DNA of 64,000 bases, taken from assembly GCA_004431415.1 (NCBI GenBank), contig QPMI01000423.1, forward strand, positions 186,001 to 250,000, given 5' to 3'. Shown here piece after piece: positions 43,244-56,485 of the stretch (positions within the stretch are counted from its first letter, which is position 1; the number at the start of each line of letters is the position of its first letter). This DNA comes from Cyanophora paradoxa CCMP329 (lineage: Eukaryota > Plantae > Glaucophyta). The notes beneath the pieces were generated by a model, which worked only from the letters and a program-made list of their open reading frames with translations, made no database searches and was not told the DNA's origin. The position numbers and the translations under genes are program-made.

Positions 43244-46200
43244 ATGTCGGACGGCAAATACTTTCAGACGACCAAGAAAGGTGCGCATCGAACGCGGCTG
43301 CGTGGTCCGCGTTGGCGCCAACGCGCCGCACACGCAGGCGAGATCCATGAGCTCAAAGAGGAGCTCAACAGCAACTCGTCCGACAGCAAGAAGAAGGAGG
43401 CGGTGAAGAAGGTCATCGCAGCGATGACCGTCGGCAAGGATGTGTCGATGCTCTTCACGGACGTGGTCAACTGCATGCAGACCCGCAACATCGAGCTGAA
43501 GAAGCTCGTGTACCTGTATCTCATCAACTACGCTAAGAGCCAGCCAGACCTTGCCATCCTGGCCGTCAACACGTTCGTAAAGGTTCGGCCCAGCAAATGG
43601 TGCTTCGTCCGAACTGCCGCGCTGACCCGCGCGCGGCGCCGTTCGACCGAGCAGGACTCCCAGGACTCGAATCCTCTCATTCGCGCGCTCGCCGTTCGCA
43701 CCATGGGCTGTATTCGTGTGGAGAAGATCACTGAGTACCTCTGCGAGCCCCTGCGCCGCTCCTTGAAGGTTCGTTCTGTGCCCGAGCGAGTCATTCGCGT
43801 TAGATGTACTGCCGGGGCGTCATCTCCTGGGGGACTAGACGGCGCGCCGCCGCTTCCGGGCGCCCCCGCACCCACATCGCATCATTCGCGCAGGACGACG
43901 ACCCGTACGTGCGGAAGACCGCTGCGGTGTGCGTGGCGAAGCTCTACGACATCAACGCGGAGCTGGTCGAGGATCAGGGCTTCCTGGACTCGCTGAAGGA
44001 GATGCTCTCGGACAGCAACCCGATGGTCGTCGCCAACGCAGTGGCCGCGCTCGCCGAGATTGCGGAGACCAGCAGCTCGCAAGATGTGCTGAAGATCACG
44101 CCGGGGATCCTGCAGAAGCTGCTGGCTGCGCTCAACGAGTGCACCGAGTGCGCGCCCGTACCTTTCGCCGGCCCTGGTTCTTCGCCCTCCCGAGCGTTTC
44201 TTTTCGGCAGATGGGGCCAGGTCTTCATTTTGGACTCGCTCGCGAGGTGCGCCGGTCGCGCGTACGGTTCGGTTCGCGGAACTGACCGCGGAGCAGCTAC
44301 ACGCCGGCCGACGAGAAGGAGGCGGAGGGCATCATCGAGCGTGTGACGCCCCGCCTGCAGCACGCCAACTCTGCCGTCGTGCTCTCCGCCGTGAAGGTCC
44401 CGCCCCGCGCCCCGTGCCCCGAGATCCGGTGCTCCTTTCCTTAGCTTCCTTTTTCGCTTCTTTCTGCAGGTCATTATGCAGTACATGGATATCATTCAGA
44501 GCGAGGACACGGTGAAGATGCTCACCAAGAAGCTCTCGCCGCCCCTTGGTACGCGCCCGCCACCGCGGCGACGGCGCGCGCCCCGTCCTCGCTCACGGCC
44601 GCCGCGCAGTGACGCTGCTGTCGACGGAGCCGGAGGTGCAGTACGTCGCGCTCCGCAACATCAACCTCATCGTCCAGAAGCGCCCGGGCATACTCTCCCA
44701 CGACGTGAAGGCGCGCCCGCCCGCCCTCCTGCCGCCGCCGCTCTCGCGCGTGGCGTGCGCGGTGCGACCGGCCGCGGCGGCCCGGCAGGTCTTCTTCTGC
44801 AAGTACAACGACCCCATCTACGTGAAGATGGAGAAGGCGAGCGCCCACGCCGCTTCCGCGCTCTCGCGGGCAGGGGGGCGCCGGCTGACTCGCCGGGGCG
44901 GCGCAGCTCGAGACGATGATCAAGCTGGCGACCGACAAGACCATCGACCAGATCCTCCTCGAGTTCAAAGAGTGCGTCTAGGAGAGCCCTCGCAAGCCGC
45001 GCCGCGCCGCGTCCGAGCGAGCCGCGCAGGTACGCGACGGAGGTCGACGTGGAGTTCGTGCGCAAGTCGGTGCGGGCGATCGGGCGCTGCGCCATCAAGC
45101 TGGAGAAGGCCGCCGAGCGCTGCATCAACGTGCTCCTGGAGCTCATCCAGGCTCGCCCCGCCCCGCCCCGCTCGGCCCCGCTCGGCCCGGCCCGGCTGTG
45201 GTTTGCTGACGCGCGCCGCAGACCAAGGTGAACTACGTCGTTCAGGAGGCGGTCATCGTGATCAAGGTGGGCGGCGCGAGGGGCGAGGGTGGGGGCGGGG
45301 CCGGGGCGGGGCGGTCGGGGCGGCGTCTAGCTACTACCCACGGTTCGGCGCGTGCTGACGCGAGGGCGGGGGGCAGGACATCTTCCGGAAGTACCCGAAC
45401 CGGTACGAGTCGATCATCGCGACGCTCTGCGAGAACCTGGACACGCTCGACGAGCCCGAGGCCAAGGCCTCCATGATCTGGATCATCGGTGCCCGCTCGC
45501 TTGCTCGCTCGCTTGTTTGCTCCCCGAGGGCCCCGCGTCGCCTGAGGGACCGCCCCCACGCAGGCGAGTACGCGGAGCGCATCGACAACGCGGACGAGCT
45601 GCTCGACACGTTCCTCGGCGCCTTCCACGACGAGGGCACCCAGGCGCGCCTTACTTCTACGCCTCCGCTTCTGGCCGGCGCCGTCTAACGTTCGCCCGCC
45701 GCCCCCGCCGCCCCGCAGGTCCAGCTGCAGATCCTCACGGCGACCGTCAAGCTCTTCCTGAAGCGGCCCGCCAACACGCAGGAGCTCGTTCAGAAGGCCC
45801 GCCCGCCCCGCCGCATGCATGTATGTCGCTCACGTTCGCGGCGGGGCGGGGCGCAGGTGCTGCACATGGCGACCCAGGAGAGCGACAACCCCGACCTCCG
45901 GGACCGCGGCTTCGTCTACTGGCGCCTGCTCTCGACGGACCCCGAGGCGGCCAAGTCCGTCGTGCTGGGCGAGAAGCCCGTCATCTCCGACGACACGAAC
46001 ATGCTGGACCCGACGCTGCTCGCGGAGCTCGTCGCCCAGATCGGCACGCTGGCCTCTGTCTTCCACAAGCCAGCCAAGACCTTCGTGGACCGCGTGCACG
46101 CCGCCGTCCCCAAGACGGTGGACGACGCGCGGGGCGCCAAGGAGGAGGAGGAGGACCCCGCCAAGGCCGAGATGGAGTCCAGCAGCGGGCCGGCCGCCCG

Positions 46201-47868
46201 CGGCGGCGGCGGCGGCGGCGGCGGCAACCTCCTAGACCTTGACGACGGCCCCGCGGTGCGCGGCTCGGCTGCTCGGCTTTCTCTCGCTCCTTCCGTCCAT
46301 TCTGAACTCGCGGCGCAGCCCGGCGCGTCCGGCGTGGCGGGCGCGACGGCTGGCATGTCGGCGCTGGATCTGCTGGGCGGTGGCGCGCCCGTGGCTGCCC
46401 CGGCGGGCGCCGGCCAGGCTGGCACGGCGGTGAACAACATAGTCTGGCTCCCCGCCGCCCGCGGCAAGGGCATGCAAGTCAGCGGACACTTCGCGCGGCA
46501 GAACGGAAGCGTGCGCTCTCCCCTCCGCCCGCCCTCCGCCCCTCCGCTCCCCTTCCGACGCCGACGCTGCCGCCGCCGCCGCCGCGCAGATTGTGATCAA
46601 CTTCGTCTTCGAGAACCAGAGCCCGGCGCCTCTCTCCGGCTTCGCCCTCCAGCTCAACAAGAACACGTGCGGCGCTCCCCGCGGCCGCCCCCCTGTACTT
46701 CCGCCGGCCCGCGCGCCGACGCCGCGCCTCCGCGCCGGCGCAGCTTTGGGCTCTCGCCGGCGGCCCCGCTGCAGATGGCGCCGATCGCGCCTGGGCAGGC
46801 CGCCTCGTGCACGGTCCCGCTGGCCGTGAACCCCGCGGCGGCGTCGGGCGGCGCGCCCAACCTCACCATCCAGATGGCCGTCAAGAACAACATCGAGGTC
46901 CGCCCTCCCTCCCTCCCGCCCCCCCTCCAGTGCCCGCTCTCCTACTGCCTGTTCCTTACTTGCGTTGCGCCCCTCGCCCCGCCCCCCAGGTCTTCTACTT
47001 CCAGGACAACATGCCCTTCCACGTCGCGCTGGCCGAGGACGGGCGCGTGGACCGGGCGGCGTACGGCGGGATGTGGCAGGGCATGCCGTCCGACTCCATG
47101 GAGCGCACCGCCCAGGTCAGCCCCGCCCGCCCCGCCCCGCCCGGCCACCTGCGCGTAGCTCCGCTCGCCTCGGCCTGGAAGCTCAGCCGCGCCTGTTGCG
47201 CTTAGCGTAGACAGCTTATAATTAGCCTGGCCTGGTTGCACTTGGCGCGCCGCGGTCGGGCTAGCTGCGCCCAGCCTCGCCAGCCACCGCGGTCAGCCTG
47301 TCAAGCTGGGCTTAGCTAGCTCTCCTCCTCCTTCTCGGCTCTCCTCCTCCTCCTCCTTGTTCCCCTTCGCGCTGACACCACGCCGACGCCCGCCTCCTTT
47401 CTTTCCGCCTTCGCAGATCACGAACATCCGGATGGACAGCACGGAGAACATCGCCCGGAAGCTGGACGCGCACAATGTCTTCTTCATCGCGAAGCGCCCC
47501 TCGACGGAGCCCGGCGTCGAGCTCCTCTACTTCTCCGCCAAGACCCTCTCCGGCTGCCTGCTCCTCGTCGAGCTGACCTTCCGCTCCGGCTTCAACATGT
47601 GCAAGGTCCGCCCCCGTTGGGGTTACGAGGATGGTGGGATGATGGGCTGGGCGGGGGGCGCGTTGTTTCGAGGTTGGGAGCGGCACGTAGGGAGGGGGGC
47701 AGGTCCCCCAGCGTTGGGGTTAGGATGCTGGGCTCGGCCGGATTAGAATGGTGGGCTGGGCTGGATGAGGATGATCAATTAACCCGGGTGCAGGCGACGA
47801 CCCGCTCGCCCGACCTCTCCTGGGTACCCTTCCTCGACCAGAGCCTCGAGTCCATCCTCCGCTCCTAG
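43244..47868 (+). CDS. AP1B1/AP2B1: AP-1/AP-2 adaptor complex beta subunit (beta-adaptin), ~22 exons
   Basis: [71 protein letters not shown], hinge clathrin box LLDLD, appendage domains. Confidence 0.97.
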
Positions 47869-48325
47869 GCGTACCCCCGTCCCGGCCCGCCCCCCGCCCC
47901 CGGGCCCTCCCCCCTCGCCCCGCCCCGCTCCCGTCGTCCTCCCCCCTGCCTGCCCCCCGCCGCCCGGCGCCCGCCCCGCCGCCCCGCCCGACCCGGCCTT
48001 CGTGTAGCTAGTTAGTAGACCACAGAACCCTCAGCTTTCTGCCCAGCGTAGCCTAGAGGGGCCGGGGGGTACGCCGCGGGCGTCGAAGGGCTCGCGGTCG
48101 CGGTTCACGGACCGAGTCTACGGTGCATACCACCACAAATTCGGCGTCACACACTGAATTAAGACGCCAGATATTGATGAGTTCTTGGTGCGCGCATTAC
48201 GTAATTAAGCGCCACTGGCCCAGTGCTGCCAGAGATAGCTGCCAGGTAGTGCCAGGCTCTGCCGGGGCGCCAGCAAGCCCAGCGCTCGCGATCGGCGATG
48301 ACAAGCCGGAGTTCGTGAAGTAGTA

Positions 48326-48540
48326 CTGTAGGAGGCGGAAAATTGCCGAGGCGAATAATTGCCGTAAATTGCCGAGACGCCGAATTCGGCAATTTAACGA
48401 CTCGGCAATGTTGCTGGGGGTAGGTATTTTCCTAGCCCGCCATGGAGCAGAATTTGGATTCGGCAATTTATCGCCACGGCAATTCCGGTTTTGGACGAAT
48501 TCGGCGCCGGCAATTTTTCGCCTCGGCAATTTTCCTACAG
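48326..48540. mobile_element. 215-bp MITE, Tc1/mariner-like (TA target duplication)
   Basis: TA|CTGTAGG..AAAATTGCCGAGGCGAATAATTGCCG ... CGGCAATTTTTCGCCTCGGCAATTTTCCTACAG|TA. Confidence 0.75.
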
Positions 48541-48974
48541 TATTAGCGCTCGCCCACTGCGGCCGACGCGACCGCGGATAGATTTGTTTTTCAAAAAGCC
48601 CACCCGGGCAATGTTCGTATTAAAAGGACAACAATTACCGCCCCGTCGCGCAATGTCCGACTGGGGGGGCACCGTCCGACTGCTCTACCTGCTCTGCAGC
48701 ATAGAGGGGAGACGTCGTGCTACCCTGCCCTAGCTAGCTGCGAGCTATTATGAGGGAGCGGTGTGGAGTCGAGTCGGTCCTTGGCCCTGCAAGAGGGGGG
48801 GGGGGGGGGGGGAAGGCTCTGTCTGCCCTAGCTAGCTATAGGAGCTATCTGTCGGAGTCTTGGCCCTGGGGGGGGGGGGGGGGAGGCGGGCGCACGGGCG
48901 TGGGGGGTGGCGGGGGCGGAGCGGAGGGAGGGGAAGGGGCGGGGAGCGGGGTGCACAGTGGGGTGGGGGCGGCG

Positions 48975-49838
48975 GGGCGGGGCGCTGGAGGGCGGCCAGG
49001 CGGGGCGCTAGAGCCGGAGGGCGGGGCGGGGCGCTGGAGCCGGAGGCGGGGGCGGGGCGCTGGAGCCGGAGGGCGGGGCGGGCGCTGGCGAGGCGGGCGC
49101 GGAGGGGCGGGGCGGGGCGCTGGAGCCGGGGGCGGGGCGGGCGCTGGAGCGGGGCGGGCGGCTGGAGCCGGAGGGCGGGGCGGGCGCTGGAGCCGGAGGG
49201 CGGGGCGGGCCTGGAGCCGGAGGGCGGGGCGGGCCTGGAGCCGGAGGGCGGGGCGGGGCGCTGGAGCCGGAGGGCGGGGCGGGGCACTGGAGCCGGAGGG
49301 CGGGGGCGGGGCGCTGGAGCCGGAGGCGGGGGCGGGGCGCTGGAGCCGGAGGGCGGGGCGGGGCACTGGAGCCGGAGGGCGGGGGCGGGGCGCTGGAGCC
49401 GGAGGCGGGGCGGGGCACTGGAGCCGGAGGCGGGGCGGGGCGCTGGAGCCGGAGGGCGGGGGCGGGCACTGGAGCCGGAGGGCGGGGGCGGGGCGCTGGA
49501 GCCGGAGGGCGGGGCGGGGCGCTGGAGCCGGAGGGCGGGGCGGGCACTGGAGCGGAGGGCGGGGCGGGGCGCTGGAGCCGGAGGGCGGGGCGGGGCGCTG
49601 GAGCCGGAGGGCGGGGCGGGGCACTGGAGCCGGAGGGCGGGGCGGGCGCTGGAGCCGGAGGCGGGGCGGGCACTGGAGCCGGAGGGCGGGGCGGGCGCTA
49701 GCGCTGGAGCCGGAGGGCGGGGCGGGGCACTGGAGCCGGAGGGCGGGGGCGGGCGCTGGAGCCGGAGGGCGGGGGCGGGGCGCTGGAGCCGGAGGGCGGG
49801 GGCGGGGCGCTGGAGCCGGAGGGCGGGGGCGGGGCGGG
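48975..49838 (+). repeat. G-rich minisatellite, ~26-28-bp unit (GCTGGAGCCGGAGGGCGGGGCGGGGC)
   Basis: About 30 tandem variable copies. Confidence 0.92.
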
Positions 49839-52074
49839 GTAATCGTCGCGCCGCCGCAAATTTTGCGTACCCCCCATCGCTGCCTAGGAGGCTACGACTC
49901 TAGCCTATATATAGCTACGAGTCCTACGACCCTCGCCGAGTCGGGCCTTGGGGCCTCGAGCTCGACGTGCCAAGTTTATAGGGCCCCGCCGGCGCCGTCT
50001 CCGCGGCCGCCGGGCGGCGCCGGCGTCTCGAGAGTCGAGAGTCGAGAGTCGAGAGTCGCTGTCTCTAGAGTCTATAGCCTAGTAGACTCTAGCGGAGTCT
50101 CGACTCTCGAGTCTCAGACTCTCAGAGTCTAGATCTAGCCTACTAGGGCTACTAGGCTAGTAGACTCTTCGAGTGAATCGAGTCTACTAGTAGACTAGGC
50201 CCCTAGCCTACTGGCCCCCTAGCCAGGGCCCTAGGGGAGTCTAGGGCTGCCGTGTAACACAATATTAATTCGCACGATACTGTAAAACATGAAATGTCCG
50301 GCAGAACTTAATATTCGGCGCTATTCGGCATAGCCCCGCGGCGCCGAATATTTAAATTTGCAGCCGCCAGAATTCTCGGGGGGGGTAGGGCCTTCGCGTC
50401 CCTTGGGCGCGTCAGCGTCTCGACTCTTAAGCTTCCCGTCCCTCCGAGCTCGAGGCTCGGGCCCGGCCCGGGGTCGGACGTCGACGTCGCGCTCCGCGTC
50501 AGCATTTTGAATTCAAATCGGATATCGGGCCAGAATTAGAACTTCGGAAGCAGCAGCAACGCGACGGTCCCGGCCCCGCGTCCTATATAGCTACAGCCTA
50601 CAGCCTACGTATACGTATACAGCAAGCCTTATAATTAAGCTTCGGCAGCTAGCGCTAGCTATATAGCTATAGGCGCCTAGGCCTGCGCATGCACCCGCGG
50701 CCGCGAGCGCAGCGATCTCATGAGAGCAGGCAGCTGCAGCTGCAGGTTGATGGCAAGATCTAGCTAGAGGCTGCAGCTGAGCAGCACCAGTGCGACGGAG
50801 CAGCAGAGTCTCGGTAGGATTGAGTACAGAGGGAACAGATATAGCACCAGACATATATATATAGCTACAGCGAGGCTAGTCATAGTGCTAGGGCTATTCT
50901 GAGCGTGCTAAGATGGTCGCTGGACCAGATGGCAACGCGTACAAGGGTACAGACCCATGGCCAGAGGACAGGGCTAAATAAGGGAGCACTGCGGCAGAGG
51001 CCAAGGGCCTAGCTAAGAGCTAGAGGACTAGCCGATCGCGACGAGCCGAGCGAGTCGGAAAGTGGATGGCACAATCACTTGTACATGTACGTATACAGCT
51101 GCGCATGCGCATGCAGTGTACAGCTGCAGGCATATATATGCATGCAGTACTAGTACAGTAGATCTTCAAGTTTAAAATTTGTAGCGTTTTCCGTAGCGCT
51201 AGCCTAGGCGCGTACGGCGGCGCTAGACCCCTCTCCCCTCCGAATTCGGAAGGTTTACAACGAAAATCAGCGCGTATTACTCCGTACCCCCCAGCTATGT
51301 GGGGCCGCGCCGAGTGCCACGGAGTAGGGTTTATAAAATAAGATTTACAAGAAAAAGCGATCGCGGAGCATAGAAATAAGGTGGCGGCGCGATATATTAT
51401 AACTGAGAATTACGGGGGCTGGCTTGTGTGAGCCAAGCCGGGGAGGCCGGCCCCCGGGCCCCGGCTCGGCTAGCTCTGCCCAACCGGCGCGAACACGGCG
51501 CTTCGTAGAGTCAAGCGAACCGGCGCGCATCGCCCGCAAGCCTGGGCCGCAACGAGGTACCCCCAGCGGAATCGCCTTCTCTGCTCCCTCCCCTACGCGC
51601 CTGAAGCTTGGCGCTTTCGAAGCTTGGTTGCGCCTGTAAGCTGCAGTCTCGGTCGCGGCCCACAGATCGGCGCCGTTGTCCCGCTCTGCGAAGCACCACC
51701 CACAGGTCGGCTTGACCATTCTTGCCGCCCTGGGCTCCAGCGCCGCCCAGCTGCCTCCGCGTGACGCCTACGCGTCCTTTGGTGCGCACTCTGTCGTTTG
51801 AAGGCCTCTGCGCTCGCCTCGACGGTCGCCGTCGCGCAGTTCCATGGAAACCAGCATCTGATGGTCCGCCCGCAGCAGCGCCGCCGGTCGCCCCGCCCCG
51901 CGCCACTGCGCAGCGCCGAACCATCAGCTGATGGTGCGCAGACACAGCGTGCCTGCGCTCTCCCCCAAGGCCGACCGCGCGCAGTTCGATCGAAACCATC
52001 AGATGCTGGTTCGACCTTAGCAGCGCCGCCTTTCGCCCTGCCCGTCGCTTCTGAGGGAATCCGGACCTTGCTTG

Positions 52075-54247
52075 GACCCAGCTCGCCTGCGCGGGGTTCG
52101 CCGCCCCGCTACGCCGCTCCCCTGCCGCCCGCCGCCCCGCGCCCCCGATTTGATCGCGCCCCGGCCCCGCCCGCAGCAGCGCCGCTGGGCCGCCCGCGGC
52201 CCGCCCCGCACCTCTCGTGGACCCAGCTCGCCTGCGCGGGGTTCGCCGCCCCGCTACGCCGCTCCCCTGCCGCCGCCGCCCCGCGCCCCCGATTTGATCG
52301 CGCCCCGGCCCCGCCCGCAGCAGCGCCGCTGGGCCGCCCGCGGCCCGCCCCGCACCTCTCGTGGACCCAGCTCGCCTGCGCGGGTTCGCCGCCCCGCTAC
52401 GCCGCTCCCCTGCCGCCCGCCGCCCCGCGCCCCCGATTTGATCCCGCCCGGCCCCGCCCGCAGCAGCGCCGCTGGGCCGCCCGCGGCCCGCCCCGCACCT
52501 CTCGTGGACCCAGCTCGCCTGCGCGGGTTCGCCGCCCCGCTACGCCGCTCCCCTGCCGCCCGCCGCCCCGCGCCCCCGATTTGATCGCGCCCCGGCCCCG
52601 CCCGCAGCAGCGCCGCTGGGCCGCCCGCGGCCGGCCCCGCACCTGCCGTCGACCCAGCTCGCCTTCGCCGGGTTCGCCGCCCCGCTACGCCGCTCCCCTG
52701 CCGCCCGCCGCCCCGCGCCCCAATTTGATCGCGCCCCGGCCCCGCCCGCAGCAGCGCCGCTGGGCCGCCCGCGGCCCGCCCCGCACCTGCCGTCGACCCA
52801 GCTCGCCTGCGCGGGGTTCGCCGCCCCGCTACGCCGCTCCCCTGCCGCCGCCGCCCCGCGCCCCGATTTGATCGCGCCCCGGCCCCGCCCGCAGCAGCGC
52901 CGCTGGGCCGCCCGCGGCCCGCCCCGCACCTCTTGTGGATTCAGCTCGCCTGCGCCGGGTTCGCCGCCCCGCTACGCCGCTCCCCTGCCGCCCGCCGCCC
53001 CGCGCCCCCGATTTGATCGCGCCCCGGCCCCGCCCGCAGCATCGCCGCTGGGCCGCCCGCGGCCCGCCCCGCACCTCTCGTGGATTCAGCTCGCCTTCGC
53101 CGGGTTCGCTGCCCCGCTACGCCGCTCCCCTGCCGCCCGCCGCCCCGCGCCCCCGATTTGATCGCGCCCCGGCCCCGCCCGCAGCAGCGCCGCTGGGCCG
53201 CCCGCGGCCCGCCCCGCACCTCTCGTGGACCCAGCTCGCCTGCGCGGTGTTCGCCGCCCCGCTACGCCGCTCCCCTGCCGCCCGCCGCCCCGCGCCCCCG
53301 ATTTGATCGCGCCCCGGCCCCGCCCGCAGCAGCGCCGCTGGGCCGCCCGCGGCCGGCCCCGCACTTGCCGTCGACCCAGCTCGCCTTCGCCGGTCGCGCC
53401 GCTCGCGTCCGCCGCCCCGGCGTGACGCCGCCCCCCTGCCGCCCGCCGCCCCGCGCCCCCGATTTGATCGCGCCCCGGCCCCGCCCGCAGCAGCGCCGCT
53501 GGGCCGCCCGCGGCCCGCCCCGCACCTGCCGTCGACCCAGCTCGCCTGCGCCGGGTTCGCCACCCCGCTACGCCGCTCCCCTGCCGCCCGCCGCCCCGCG
53601 CCCCCAATTTGATCGCGCCCCGGCCCGCCCGCAGCAGCGCCGCTGGGCCGCCCGCGGCCCGCCCCGCACCTCTCGTGGACCCAGCTCGCCTGCGCGGGTT
53701 CGCCGCCCCGCTACGCCGCTCCCCTGCCGCCCGCCGCCCCGCGCCCCCGATTTGATCGCGCCCCGGCCCCGCCCGCAGCAGCGCCGCTGGGCCGCCCGCG
53801 GCCGGCCCCGCACCTGCCGTCGACCCTGCTCGCCTGCACGGGGTTCGCCGCCCCGCTACGCCGCTCCCCTGCCGCCCGCCGCCCCGCGCCCCCGATTTGA
53901 TCGCGCCCCGGCCCCGCCCGCAGCAGCGCCGCTGGGCCGCCCGCGGCCGGCCCCGCACCTGCCGTCGACCCAGCTCGCCTGCGCGGGGTTCGCCGCCCCG
54001 CTACGCCGCTCCCCTGCCGCCCGCCGCCCCGCGCCCCCGATTTGATCGCGCCCCGGCCCCGCCCGCAGCAGCGCCGCTGGGCCGCCCGCGGCCCGCCCCG
54101 CACCTCTCGTGGACCCAGCTCGCCTGCGCCGGGTTCGCCGCCCCGCTACGCCGCTCCCCTGCCGCCCGCCGCCCCGCGCCCCGATTTGATCGCGCCCCGG
54201 CCCCGCCCGCAGCAGCGCCGCTGGGCCGCCCGCGGCCCGCCCCGCAC
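52075..54247 (+). repeat. ~145-bp GC-rich satellite, ~15 copies (left arm)
   Basis: Unit marked by GATTTGATCGCGCCCCGG and GACCCAGCTCGCC. Confidence 0.95.
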
Positions 54248-54254
54248 CACCTGG

Positions 54255-55477
54255 GGGCACCATCACTTGCTGGTGCGGCCGCGCCGGGCCTGGGGGCGGG
54301 CGCCGGCCGCCCGATCACTTGCTGACGCCCTCGCCGCAGGCCGCGAGCGCTGCGCCCGCATTCTTCGGACCCGCCGAGGCGGCGGGCAGCGGGCGGCCGG
54401 CCCGCTCGTTCTCTGCAGGCGCCTCTGCGCCGCGCCGGGGCCGGGGCGCGGCGCCAGGGCGGGCGGGCGGGGCACCATCACTTGCTGGTGCGGCCGCGCT
54501 GGGGCTGGGGCGGGCGCCGGCCGCCCGATCACTTGCTGACGCCCTCGCCGCAGGCCGCGAGCGCTGCGCCCGCATTCTTCGGACCCGCCGAGGCGGCGGG
54601 CAGCGGGCGGCCGGCCCGCTCGTTCTCTGCAGGCGCCTCTGCGCCGCGCCGGGGCCGGGGCGCGGCGCCAGGGCGGGCGGGCGGGGGCACCATCACTTGC
54701 TGGTGCGGCCGCGCTGGGGCTGGGGGCGGGCGCCGGCCGCCCGATCGCTTGCTGACGCCCTCGCCGCAGGCCGCGAGCGCCGCGCACGCATTCTTCGGAC
54801 CCGCCGGGGCGGCGGGCGGCGGGCGGCCGGCCCGCTCGTCCCCTGCAGGCGCCCCTGCGCCGCGCCGGGGCCGGGGCGCGGCGCCAGCGCGGGCAGGCGG
54901 GGTACCATCACTTGCTGGTGGGGCCCGTGCGGGCACCATCACTTGCTTGTGCGGCCGCACCGGGCCTGGGGGCGGGCGCCGGCCGCCTGATCGCGTATTG
55001 ACGCCCTCGCCGCAGGCCGCGAGCGCCGCGCCCGCATTCTTCGGACCCGCCGGGGCGGCGGGCGGCGGGCGGCCGGCCCGCTCGTCCCCTGCAGGCGCCC
55101 CTGCGCCGCGCGGGGCCGGGGCGCGGCGCCAGCGCGGGCGGGCGGAGGTACCATCACTTGCTGGTGGGGCCCGTGCGGGCACCATCACTTGCTGGTGCGG
55201 CCGCGCCGGGCCTGGGGGCGGGCGCCGGCCGCCTGATCGCGTTCTGACGCCCTCGCCGCAGGCCGAGAGCGCCGCCCCCGCATGCTCCGCACCCGCCGGG
55301 CGGCGGGCGGCCGGCGGCCGGCCCGCTCGTCCCCTGCAGGCGCCCCTGCGCCGCGCCGGGGCCGGGGCGCGGCGCCAGGGCGGGCGGGCTGGGGTACCAT
55401 CACTTGCTGGTGGGGCCCGTGCGGGCACCATCACTTGCTGGTGCGGCCGCGCCGGGCCTGGGGGCGGGCGCCGGCCG
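54255..55477 (+). repeat. ~215-245-bp tandem repeat, ~5 copies
   Basis: Unit marked by CACCATCACTTGCTGGTG and GCATTCTTCGGACCCGCC. Confidence 0.9.
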
Positions 55478-56485
55478 GGAACCATCTGCGGCCCTTCTCT
55501 CGCTCCGTGCGCCCCTCCACGCTTTTCGACGCCGCGCCCCGTGCGACGGGCCGGGCGCAGGCAGTCAAGTCGTGGCGGCTTCACGGCGAAGGCGGCTGGG
55601 AAGCAACGGCGGCCCTTTTCTCGCTCGGAGCGCCCTGCGCAACGCCCCCGACGCAACGCGCCCCGTGCCGAATCCATATCTAGCAAGACCGCCGCCGTGG
55701 GGGCCCATCATTGGCCGCGGCGGGGGGGAGGCGGTCGTCAGGTGACTGGAAGCCCGGCGGGACGCGCCACTGGAACCTCCCTCCTCCCGACCGCGGCCGC
55801 CCGACCCGGTCCTCCCCCGTCCTTTCCCACCGCCTCACGCCCTCTTGCCCCATACCCTCCCGATCCCCCTCCCTCCCACCGACACCTTCCCGTTCCTATG
55901 AGCCCGGCGGTTCTACCAGGCCCGCTCCCGCACGAGCGCGCCCCCACCCCCGAGCCCGCCGTGCCGACGACACGGCGGGCCGTACTTTAGCGTGTACAGA
56001 TTGGCTAAGGTTACCGAGCGCCTTCCCGGAGGCCATAGTTTACTAGGTATAGTCCCGGCTGCAGTTCGTCTAGCCGTCCGCTTGTTTCTTAGACCTTGCT
56101 CGCCCTCTCGTCCTTGGGTAGTCATTCCCTCCTTGCGTAGGATCCCCCCTGTACTGCAGCGCTAGACCTAGCCCCGGGGTAGCCTTTCCAGTTATTTTCA
56201 CATCCGAGCTCCACCCGGTCCGATGTCCGAAAGGCTTAGTCCCGTAGGCTCATCTCTCGACTTGACACAGATGGACACCTCATTTATATCGCTAGCCATT
56301 TGTCTCGGTGTGTGCGAATTCATACAGCAAGACAGACAGACAGAGACAGACAGCACATTATAAATTGACAGTTGAATGTCAGACAGTTATAAAGACAGAT
56401 AGGGCCTGCAGGGACCGGGGTCCAGGGTAGCAAGCGATCGGGCGGCCGGCGCCCGCCCCCAGGCCCGGCGCGGCCGCACCAGCAA

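Noticed and set aside
48750-50132. 460-aa Gly/Arg-rich ORF and overlapping ORFs
   Set aside because: Translation of a stop-free G-rich minisatellite.
50020-51140. CTAG/TCGAG/TGCA-rich palindromic stretches
   Set aside because: Low-complexity sequence without definable unit or boundaries.
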